DNA of 41,248 nucleotides from Conidiobolus incongruus B7586 (Eukaryota): NCBI GenBank assembly GCA_000697335.1, contig JNEM01010315.1, positions 1 to 41,248 of the forward strand, read 5' to 3'. Shown piece by piece: positions 1 to 12,355 of this stretch (position 1 is its first letter; each line of letters starts with the position of its first letter). The notes under the pieces were generated by a model. It saw only the letters and a program-made list of their open reading frames with translations, ran no database searches and was not told where the DNA came from. The position numbers and the translations under genes were made by a program.

Positions 1-347
1 AAAAAACTTTCTAATTAAAAATAACTGGAAAGAACTACCACATCCAGTATATTCCCCAGATTATAACCCATGTGATTATAATTGTTTTGGGCAATTAAAA
101 AACCAGCTTGCAGGAAAGAAAATTTCTGCAGGAAAATTTAATTGGTTTGTGAAACATCAAATTTCAGTCCTTAATAAAAAGAACTGTTTTTTAGGTGTTA
201 GATCTTTACCAAAAGTATGGCAAAAAGTTATTAGAAATAAAGGAAATTATTAATTTTATATTATATATTTATTTTTACTTTGTATATATTAAAATGTTTA
301 TTTTTTTTCAATCGCAAAAAATTCCCATTATTTAAATTACAAAGTAA
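1..347 (+). mobile_element. Mariner (DD34D) transposon copy 1, 3' part only (cut by window start)
   Basis: Frame from base 2 reads KNFLIKNNWKELPHPVYSPDYNPCDYNCFGQLK...LPKVWQKVIRNKGNY* (stop 251-253), matching the mariner YSPDLAPSD-type motif and C-terminus. The 3' TIR ...TTCCCATTATTTAAATTACAAAGTAA ends at 347 and is followed by TA. Confidence 0.93.
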
Positions 348-1447
348 TATTAAAGTTTTTTTCAAGTTAGTAAATAGTTATTAAAAATATAAAATATTTA
401 ATATATATAATTATTTTATTTTTTAAAATTTATATATAAAAATATATTATAATTTAAAATAATATTATATTGATTAAATATTATTATGTAATATATATCA
501 AACTATCTGATAGTTATAAATATAATAAATTCAAATTTTTCCACTCAAAATATATTTTTCAAAAATTTTTAATCCTAAATATATTATTTAAAATAAGGAT
601 TTGGAATATTTTTGAAAATTCTTTCTTTAAATTATATATAAGATATAAAATAAATTAATTAAATTGATAGTTATATCAATTCAAATAATACTTTTTATCA
701 TTATAAAAATTAATTCTAAGATATTCTGAATAGATTCATATATCATAAATTTCAATATGCAATACAAAAATAATAAATATTAATTAGATATCAAAATTAG
801 TTTAATTGGCAAATATAATGACCTTTTTCAAAATACCTTATTTATTTAATATTTGTCATTCTGCATTTGGATCGAAATACACTATTTAATTTATTTTCAA
901 ATAACTAATTGCAGAAAAAGCTACTTAATAAATCATTTTGCTATATTCAATTAAATACAACATACAAAACTCTCGAAAAATTTGAAATCCTGAAAATTTA
1001 AAACTTAGAAATACCATTCAGAATAGTAGTAAGTTATAAAAGTTAATAAATCGAACTTTAAAATAATTTGGTAATTTTATGTATGTGATTTTAGTAATTG
1101 GTTAATATACATTGGAAAAGTTAATTAATAATTGTACAAATAACTTGGAATAGTATAAAAAACCTATCTTAAATAATACTTGTTGAATATATAATGCATT
1201 GAGATTTATTAACTTAGTATTTATATCTATTCAAAATCTGTATAATAATGTATATATACAGATATATATTAACGTATCATACTCTCAACAAATTATAAAA
1301 TATTAAGACATTTAAAGTAATAAGTGATAATTTATTAATTGATATAATGAAAATATTATAAATAATCAATAATTAAATTAATAAACACTTTTAACCAAAT
1401 GCTTTTGGAAATTTTAAATGATAAAAATTAAAGTGGTTTTAACTTTA

Positions 1448-2188
1448 TCAAGAATTTTCCTGTTGTATAATTATAAGTACTTGATTCTTGAGTCGATACA
1501 ATAGGAAATATTCCATATTCAACCCAAGTAGAACTATTGTGGTACTGCAATTAACGCATATAAGAAGATTATTTGATACTGATGCTAATATCGCAAATAT
1601 TAAATCAATAAAGAACACAATTATTATTCCAATCCAATATTGATGCAATAATCCACTCATTAGATTATCGGTGTTGTATTTTTTAAAACGATAATAGCAT
1701 ATTAAGTTGCAAATGAAATCAGTAAATGTGATAGACACAATACCAATAACGACTGCTAAATTTAAATCGAGCTTATCTTTGTATCCAAAATATCTAGTAA
1801 TTAAGGGTATTGAGAATATGCCGCAAGCGATGGCGGCTGGAAGTTGAATAACAACTATTATAGCCAAATCAATTTTTGCCAATATAAAATAAGAATTTTT
1901 GAACAGAATCCAAAAATATCCAAACCCAAAATTTGCAGAGAGAATCGTAATAATATGGCCATAAATCTTTTTCTTTTCGCTAACAAATTGTAGCATGAAT
2001 GTCCCAGTAATATCTCCAATTAGACCTAGGTTTGTTATCAAATATGCAATACTCATCCCTGAATAATATTCCCCGGTTAATTTGATTGTATAAAACAAAA
2101 TTCCAGCTATAATTATTCCAATTGAAATTCCCCCAATAAAGTTTTCGATAGCAGAGCTCACTTGAGGATCTAGATCTATATATATCAT
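1448..2188 (-). CDS. Intronless 246-aa integral membrane protein with about 7 predicted TM helices (GPCR-like topology, family unknown)
   Basis: Long ATG-started ORF in very AT-rich DNA with seven hydrophobic segments (FIGGISIGIIIAGILFY; MSIAYLITNLGLIG; IITILSANFGFGYFWILF; LAIIVVIQLPAAIACGIFSIPLI; LAVVIGIVSITFTDFICNLICYY; YWIGIIIVFFIDLIFAILASV; LLICVNCSTTIVLLGL) and short termini. Confidence 0.8.
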   Translation of the reverse strand: MIYIDLDPQVSSAIENFIGGISIGIIIAGILFYTIKLTGEYYSGMSIAYLITNLGLIGDITGTFMLQFVSEKKKIYGHIITILSANFGFGYFWILFKNSYFILAKIDLAIIVVIQLPAAIACGIFSIPLITRYFGYKDKLDLNLAVVIGIVSITFTDFICNLICYYRFKKYNTDNLMSGLLHQYWIGIIIVFFIDLIFAILASVSNNLLICVNCSTTIVLLGLNMEYFLLYRLKNQVLIIIQQENS

Positions 2189-2309
2189 GGATAACTAGGT
2201 TAACTATAAGCTATACATTGAATAATTTTCAATTATTATTACTATTATTTGTATTGATTACATATTTATTATATATATCATTTTAAATCAAGATCAGCAT
2301 TTCATGTTA

Positions 2310-3627
2310 TTACTTTGTAATTTAAATAATGGGAATTTTTTGCGATTGAAAAAAAATAAACATTTTAATATATACAAAGTAAAAATAAATATATAATATA
2401 AAATTAATAATTTCCTTTATTTCTAATAACTTTTTGCCATACTTTTAGCAAAGATCTAACACCTAAAAAACAGTTCTTTTTATTAAAGACTGAAATTTGA
2501 TGTTTCACAAACCAATTAAATTTTCCTGCAGAAATTTTCTTTCCTGTAAGCTGGTTTTTTAATTACCCAAAACAATTATAATCACATGGGTTATAATCTA
2601 GGGAATATACTAGATGTGGTAGTTTTTTCCAGTTATTTTTAATTAGAAAGTTTTTTACAACTTTAGATTTATGTATTTTGCAATTATCATGCAAAATAAT
2701 AAGTCTTCTTAAATTATATTGAGAACACCAATTAAAAATACTTTTATTTAAAAAAGCAATATATAATTTACTATTAATTGATTTTCCTTCAAGAACTAAA
2801 TAAGAATAGCATATGCTATTATAATCTATTGCTACAATTAACATTTGCTTATCAATAAAGTGTTTATTTAAAGGAATTTGTAGAAGGGGTTGATTTGGTT
2901 TAATCCAACACCTTGATTTATGTTTTAACAAAGGATTATACAAAAGAATCCAAGATTCATCAATTGTAATAATTCACTGTAAAAGCTTTGGTTTCTAGTT
3001 ATACCTTAGTAAGTTTTGTTTAGCAATAGCTACTCTAGCTTTTTTTTAAGCTTTAGTTAAATTATAAGGTACCTATTTTACATTTTTATTGATTAATTTT
3101 AATTTAAACTTTAATATATATAAAATACTTGTGTGACTAATATTAAAGTGTTTTGATAATTCTCTAGCTGAAATAAAAAGGTGTTTTTTAATATAATTTT
3201 TTACTTTATTAATAATTAGAAAAGTGATAGTTGAAATTAATCTTCTAGATTTTAACAAGTTTTGGGTAGTTTCTCTCCTAGCTTTAAAATAATTTACCTA
3301 GCAATAAATTGTTGATTTAGATAATACTTCATTACCAAAAACTGTTTGTAAATTTTAAATGATTTTAAAGGGTTTGTGGTTAAGTTTTACTGATACTAAA
3401 ATAAAAAACTTTTGATGGTTACTATTTGGTTTAAGCATGATTAAATTAAACAACTAATTTTAAAAAATTCATTTTTTAATCAAATAAATTATTATATATA
3501 TATATATATATAGTTCAAAACTATTTATTTTCCTATTTGTTTTGTATATATTTGCTTATTTGAAACTAATAATATGTTTGAAAAATCGGAAATTAAAAAA
3601 TTTCCTATTTCTTTGATTCTATGGTAA
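2310..3627 (-). mobile_element. Full-length mariner copy 2 (1318 bp) with transposase pseudogene at 3438..2404
   Basis: TA at 2308-2309 and 3628-3629, imperfect TIRs starting TTAC. The 1035-bp frame (MLKPNS...GNY*) has in-frame stops and no net frameshift. Motifs: K*VPY (WVPH-type), ITIDESW, HDN, YSLDYNPCDY, with 34 residues between the 2nd and 3rd catalytic D. Confidence 0.95.
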
Positions 3628-4443
3628 TAACTTTATATTTCCAAATAATTGAAATTTAAGATTATATTTGAATATTAAACTTAATATCATTAATAGTCAT
3701 TTTTAGTTCAAAATCAGAAATTTTCAAATATTTCCTTTAAGAATTAGGTTAAGATATTCTTTTGAAGTCATTTTAAGAATATAAGCACCATAATTAAAAT
3801 ATTTTTTGTTTGAAAAAATAAGATTGATTCCTTGATTAGATATAAAAGTGACTTGAGTAGTGATTATATACAGATTTAAAATAATCCTATTCAATAGCAC
3901 AATAATAGTAATTAAAATATTTAAAGTAATGATTATGATATATTTTCATCTAACAACTCTATTTTATTTTAAATATTATCTATAATTAAGTTTCTTAATT
4001 TTCTGTTGATCATCATATTCCAAAAATAATACAATATTTAGCAAGTATATTAGGAATAATTATAACCATATCATTGAAACTAACAAATATTCTGTCTTCA
4101 TTAATCTATATTAAAATTTTGATTTTCAATAAATTATTAAAATTAGAGATTATGGAATTAAAGACTTGAATTTGAAATTTCATATTAAATATTTGATAAA
4201 ATAATATATATTCACCTGATATAATATATAATAAAATAAAATTTTCAGGTACTAATAATAAAATATATTATGAAACTTGGTTTATGTTTTTTAAAAATAT
4301 AATTGATTACTTATTAATTGTTCAATTGTAATAAAATAACTGATAATATTAAATGATTTTTATTTTCAATAATAACTGTGACAATTATACAAATTATTTT
4401 TACTCTCAAACAAAACTATTTATTTTAGATTTTTTATACAATA

Positions 4444-5753
4444 TTACCTTGAATTTAAAATAATGGGAAATTTTTTAATTTCTAATTTTTTAAACATATT
4501 ATTAGTTTGAAATAAATAAATATATATAAAGTTAATAGGAAATTATATATTTTTAATATATATATATATATTAGTTTTTTTGATTAAAAAATTAACTTTT
4601 TAAAATTGGTTGTTTAATTTAATTATGCTTAAACCAAATAGTGATCATCAAAAGTTTTTTATTTTGGTATCAGTAAAACTTAACTATAAACCCTCTAAAA
4701 TTATTTAAAATTTATAAGCAGCTTTTAGTAATAAAGTCTTATCTAAATTAACAATTTATTGCTAGGTAAATTACTTTAAAGCTAAGAGAGAAACTATTCA
4801 AAACCTGTTAAAATCTAGAAAACTAACTTCAACTATTACTCTTTTAATTGTAAATAAAGTGAAAAAATATATTGAAAAGCACCTTTTTATTTTAGCTAAA
4901 GAATTATCTAAGTACTTTAATATTAGTTTTATAAGTATTTTATATATTTTAAAGTTTAAATTAAAATTAATAAATAAAAATGTAAAATAGGTACCTTATA
5001 ATTTAACTAAAGCTTAAAAAAAAACTAGAGTAGTTATTACTAAATAAAACCTATTGAAATATTACCAGAAGCCTAAACTTTTACAGTGAATAATTACAAT
5101 TAATGAATCTTAGATCCTTATGTATAATCCTTTATTAAAACACAAATCAAGATGCTAGATTAAGTTAAATTAACCCCCTCTACAAATCCCTTTAAATAAA
5201 CATTTTGTTAATAAGTGAATGTTAATTATTGTAATAGATTATAATGTTATATGTTATTCTTATTTAGTTCTTGAAGGAAAATCAATTAATAGTAAATTAT
5301 ATATTGTTTTTTTAAATAAAAGTATTTCTAATTGGTGTTCTCAATATAATTTAAGAAGACTTATTATTTTGCATGATAATTGCAAAATACATAAATCTAA
5401 AGCTATAAAAAACTTTCTAATTAAAAATAACTGGAAAGAACTACCACATCCAGTATATTCCCCTGATTATAACTTATGTGATTATAATTGCTTTAGGCAA
5501 TTAAAAAACCAGCTTGCAGAAAAGAAAATTTCTACAGGAAAATTTAATTGGTTTGTGAAACATTAAATTTTAGTCTTTAATAAAAAGAACTGTTTTTTAG
5601 GTGTTAGAAGTTTGCTAAAAGTATAGCAAAAAGTTATTAATAATAAAAGAAATTATTAATTTTATATTATATATTTATTTTTATATATCATATATTCAAA
5701 TGTTTATTTATTTTTAATCACAAAAAATTCCCATTATTAAAAATGCAGAGTAA
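4444..5753 (+). mobile_element. Full-length mariner copy 3 (1310 bp) with transposase pseudogene at 4625..5659
   Basis: TA at 4442-4443 and 5754-5755. TIRs TTACCTTGAATTTAAAATAATGGGAA and TTCCCATTATTAAAAATGCAGAGTAA. The 1035-bp frame is colinear with copy 2 and has many TAA/TAG stops. Confidence 0.95.
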
Positions 5754-7506
5754 TATATATGTATAACATAAAATTTTGTTATGAAATATAATTAAAACAA
5801 AAACAGTATAGTATAACATAATTAAAATTAGCATTGATATATAACTATATATTCCACTATTTTAATACAAGCTTTCTAAATTTAAAATTACTTATTTTAT
5901 GTATTTAAATATAGGCAAGTATCAATTGTTATGAATATTTCAATACTCAAATGATATCTGGCATATTTATGTATTCCTTTTTTATTACAATCTTAGGTTT
6001 GCAATTATAATATCTCATTAATTTTTTGATATAAAAATAATTAGTAATATAAGAGTTGAAAACAAGAGAGTTCAACACATATTATGTAAATATTAGTATT
6101 CAAATATGATGAATAATATACTATGTTAATTCAGCAACAGATATATTTTCTTAAAAATTTAATTCAAAAGTATACTTTTAATTAAATGAATTATTTTTTG
6201 CATCAGTACTTTAACCAATTAAACACTCACGCCTAAACTTTATAATTTCATACAATATTAATATTATTAATACCAAAGACTATTTTTATTGATAATATAG
6301 TAATAGCTTGATACATTTTAGGAGCTTAGAAACAATATTTAAATATTGTTAAAACCATCGATTTTCTTAAATTTAAAATATATAAAATTCCCAATGTTAT
6401 TATATTAATACATTAATTTTTTTAATTAAAATCACCTTTATATAATATAACCCACCAAAAGTACGAATTTTGTTTATTTTTTGATAATTGTAATTTATAG
6501 AATGTGTGAGCAATTCATACAATTGAATAAATATATTAATCTTATAACATGGTATTGCTTTATAATATATATATTGGATATTTTAAAATGAAAGTACATC
6601 AGTATTATTTCAATGTTTAATTAATCATAACTATATTTTATAATCTAGGAGATGTTATAATTTATTTATAATATTTAAAAAATTGATGACAATGTTATTC
6701 ATATCTGCAGGAATGAGATTAATTTGAACGAAAATACTATTTCAAAAGTTATTTAAAAGATAGATATAGTTTAAACAATTATAACAAATGAATTTCGATA
6801 ATATGTTCCTTTTTGTAAATTATATCTTTTTTATCCAGTTTACCTTGAGATTTAGAATAACAATTGTCAATTGCATTTTGTATAATTAATATATAATAAT
6901 GTTTTTAGTGACTATAACTTTTATCAATTTACAAATATAATACAAATGGTGGAAATATCAATATTCAATTGAATGAATATTGGCTAAGGTTTAGAGTTAA
7001 TACACTAGACTTCATAAATCCCTATAATATATCCATTTATACTTAGTTTAGGTATTTTGAAAATAGTAGTAACATTAAATTTGTATAAATTTTAATTGGA
7101 ATTAAGTGTATTTATTTGAGATACCTGATAATGAATATGATATTAATACTATCAGGTGAGTATTCGATATTAAATAATGATATTATTATTGGTTTACATA
7201 GTTTATATTTAACGAAATCATAACATATTTTTCAACTAGTCATAATTATATTTGAAAAAAACTATCCTATTATAGAAATTTTAATTGGATTATTATTGAT
7301 TCGAACTGATACACAATATTTATCATATTGATATTTATTGTGGTTGAGTTGAATAATATTGAAAAATTTTCAATTTAATTTTAAAAGATCTAAGATTCAA
7401 GATTATTTTGTTGAAATATCTTATTACATTTTTTATACATTATATTTCAATTATTAGTTTTTGAATTTGAATAATATTGGTTGTTTTTGGATTATATTTG
7501 TGAAGC

Positions 7507-9445
7507 ATGAGAGGCTTAAATCGATTAATAATACGGATTTTAATAGCTTGTATACTTGGTGTAAACATTAATTCCAATGTTATGGCAGCGAATTGGATCC
7601 AAAAATTTATAGGGAGTTCCTTCAAATTAGGTGCGGGAGCTCTCGATGCAGTTGGATCTGGCCTTACCGCTCTTGCTGGCGTGTTAGATCCAGTCCTCAA
7701 TCCTTTTGATACAGTTTCAGAAATGGTTATTGATGCAGTAAATCCGTTTAAAGAACGCATTCCTGCTTCGCAAAGGCACTTGGGTGGACCATCAAATTCT
7801 GGTTCCGAAGGAAAATATCATGATTTAGGGGAAGCTTGGTTAGCTCTAATTCACCCTAGATCTCAACATTCGGGTTCGGAAACTGATGATGGTACAAACC
7901 ATCCAGAAGTTTCACTAGATCCACAACAACAAGAACGAGTTGCCACTGCGAATCGAGTCAATGATATTATTAAAGACCTCCAGCAAAAATTTGGCAACGG
8001 GGACAATTCTTACGATCCTGCAGTATACGAAATCGTCCAAAAGGTAATTGGCGTTTTGGAAAAGCCTGACTTTAATGGAAATGACCCAGGTACCAAGAAA
8101 CAGATAGACGAATATATTCACCAAATTATAGAAGTTTACAATAAGTCCGTTCTTGAAAAATATAATATCGATTTCCTGAATCCCTCTAAGGAAAAATCAC
8201 CCAATGTAAAAACATTTATGCCTGATTTTGACAATTTAGTATTTATGTTAGAGGATCGCTTTTTGAAGAATAAGCCTGTAATTAACGAGTACATCGGAGC
8301 TTTCATAGACAGCCACTACAAGAATTCAGATGATGATTATGATCCTGATATCTTAAGATTGAAATATGCAGTGGAAGACTTTGTTTCATCTCCAGAATTC
8401 GACTTAGAAGAAGATTGGAGTGTTGTTAAACTTGTTGATTTTATCAAGAAAATAGAAGAGATTTTCTTTAAACATGAAAGTTCATATACCCATCAAGGTA
8501 AAGAAGCTCATCAGCCCGAGGATTCGTCACACCATTTGCATTCACGATATACCAAGGAATTCAAGAAGCGCAGTACTGACATCCCACCCTTACAGCCTTC
8601 AAACACTGAAAATAGACAAAATTCATCTCAACAGTAAACCATTTATACTTTTATCCCAATACTAATACAATATATTAATCTTATTATTTAGACCTAAGGT
8701 TAGCATCGCCATATCTCCTGAAGCCGAACTGGCTCTTGAACATTTGTACGTCGTATCAGATCCCTTGAAGCTCTTGACCATGTATTTTGATAATTATTAT
8801 AAGAACCCTGCAACTAATGAATATTTTGAAGTTTTACAACCAATAATAAAAAATATTACTGAAACAGTGACATCTAATCAATCGAATTTGAGTACTCCAG
8901 AGGTCTTGACTCAACTTAGGAATTCGTTCAACGAACTTGAGAGCACATATTGGAATCACTTGAAAAAAGGTTCAATCCTTTCAAATGGTAATATTGGACC
9001 TGGGTTTGCAATTTACAATCCAAATGGAGTCATTTCAAAAAATATTCCTGGACTGATTTTTGCAGATTTAACTAGAGAGACTAAAGGATTTATCACATAC
9101 CTTTATTTGGGCAACTATCCTAATGGTGAAAATGCCGAAGATATCATTAATAATTACTTGAAAAGCCATTTTACCAACCCTCAAGGCTCGTTTGATGCTA
9201 ATATTCAACCCATTGTTGAACAAATCGTGGCATATTCTCATGATCCAACTTCCGATGTACGTAATCTTAGGAGTCTCCAAAAATTGATATTACTACTCAT
9301 CAAATTGGAAGAAGCATTTTTCAAAAAGAAAGAAGGAGGAGTTACTCAAGTAATTCATACGATTAAGAATCAATCTGGAGGTCGTCGAAATATATTTGGA
9401 ATTACTATAGATTTTGTTCAAGGCATCATAGATTGTGTGATTTAA
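7507..9445 (+). CDS. Secreted 626-aa protein with four degenerate ~63-aa helical repeats; exons 7507-8633 and 8692-9445
   Basis: Signal-peptide-like N-terminus MRGLNRLIIRILIACILGVNINSNVMA. A 58-nt GT..AG intron (8634-8691, branch-like ACTAAT) joins the 376-aa and 233-aa ORFs in frame (..SSQ-Q-PKVSIAISPEAELALEHLYVVSDP..). The same repeat motif occurs in both exons. Confidence 0.85.
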
Positions 9446-11382
9446 GTTACTTGATATTTTGATAATAAATATTTATCCTATCATTTTTCAAACTATCAAC
9501 ATAACGTAATGTTATTAAACATTTTCAAATTATAAAAGTTTGTATTTAAAATTTTGACAATTAAATTTAAAAAATCTCACAATATATGGATAATTTATAC
9601 ATCTTTATATATCTTAAATCCGATTAAAAACCTATCATTAAATATTTAATAAACAAATATAAATTTGATATGATAATTTTATCAGAATATCTCTTCAGTA
9701 TATAATATATTTATTATACAATTATTTTTCATAATTTAACATCAAAATTTCGATGTTATCAGAGTATTTCGAATTAGTATATAGTAAAATAATGTTCGAA
9801 CAATGATTTATATGCCTCATGTTTATTTTAATGTTAAAAAGGACAAATCATAAACTTTATCTTTAAAATATAGACCATTAATATTTTAATAATTTGATTA
9901 ATTTTATATTAAAATTATTCAAATTTCAAAATAAAATCTGTTTTTTGAAATCCAAACTTATCTTAGTGACTCTGATTTGAAAAAATTTTCATTGAATATC
10001 CTATAAAATATATTAAGGAATATTCAATACCTCCAAGCTGTAAAGAAAGCTGCTTATTTCATAAATAATATTAGAAATACTATTAATATCATATGTATGA
10101 AATCTATCTGTTAAAAAATTGAATCAAATTTGAAAACATTTGGCTTGATAAAATGAACAAACGAGTTTAATAGTAAATTATTTTTAACAGAGCTGGTAGG
10201 TTTTAGGTTCAAAATATTTTAATACTAAATTAGATAAAACGGCTCAAAAGTTATGTATATATTAAAAATTAAGTCACTATAAATTTTAACCATTTATTTA
10301 GGAATTATATTTTTTTTAATAACTTATAAAGATTACATAAAAATCATTTATTGTAAAATAAATTAACACTATTTCCATTATAATTATTATCAAATGCTTA
10401 AAATGGAAAACGATTATTCATGCTATCGTTTCAAATTAGATAAGACATGGCTGATTTGTTTTAGTCTCCATGCTTGTCAACCCTGATTGTAACTAATCTC
10501 AAAATAGGTATAGTAATATTTCAAAAATTATATTATTAGTTATTAGGTATATATAAATAAATGCATAATTAGTGGGATAGATAATTTTATTAAATAGATT
10601 ACAGGTATCGGATTAATATCGTTAAATTATAGAACCAATCCCTTTAGGTAATTACGTAATATTATATAATATTATATAAATTTAAGAAATTAGCTTTAAC
10701 TTGAAATTTTTATATTATTAATAAGATATTTATTCAATTCTGTGTAATTTATATTGTTTCTGTGATTTATTATACTTAATATCAAATCACGAAAAATTCA
10801 ATATCAAAGGTGATAATTTTTTTTCATCTATTAAAGATCTAAAAGTAATAATACACAAATAATTGATCAGTTTGTTTTTTTCTGTGTTATAAAATTTTCT
10901 TAATGTTAATTCAACTTGTATTTAAGACTTAAAATAAGATAGTTTTGAATTTAAAATTTAAAATAATATATAACTATGAATTTTAATATTATGAAATATA
11001 TGACTGATTTTCAAAGCAATATTCGGAATATATATGTAAATTTAAAAAAATATGAGAAATATAAAGTGGAATTTTTTAAAATTCGAGAAGTCTGTAGAAT
11101 TTAAGGGAAATCAATCCATTAATAATTCAACAACACCAATTTTCTTTAAGACAATCAGTCATCATTCCCTCATCCAACTATTATCAAATGAATTTCATGA
11201 ATTCTCCGCTTTAATCGATCTCATTGGCTGATTATATAATTAATTAAATTTCTTGAGGATTAATAGCTGAACTTAACAATTTTGAAGAGCGATATAAATA
11301 TAAAAGTCCAATTGAATTGGTTGTTATTAAGGTTTCTTTTGTATTATATACGAAACAAATAATAAAACTTCTTTAATCCAAA

Positions 11383-12355
<973 letters not shown>

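Noticed and set aside
470..658. 62-aa ORF
   Set aside because: TTG start and a K/I/F/N/Y-rich translation typical of AT-rich non-coding DNA.
2404..5659. Stop-codon reassignment or A-to-I editing rescuing the transposases
   Set aside because: The stops replace different residues (TAG for W, TAA for Q, TGA probably for R), host genes end normally in TAA/TAG, and editing cannot restore CAA. Transitions explain all cases.
7440..9280. ORFs 7440-7760, 7915-8124, 8474-8665 and 9068-9280
   Set aside because: Antisense or alternate-frame shadows of the secreted-protein gene.
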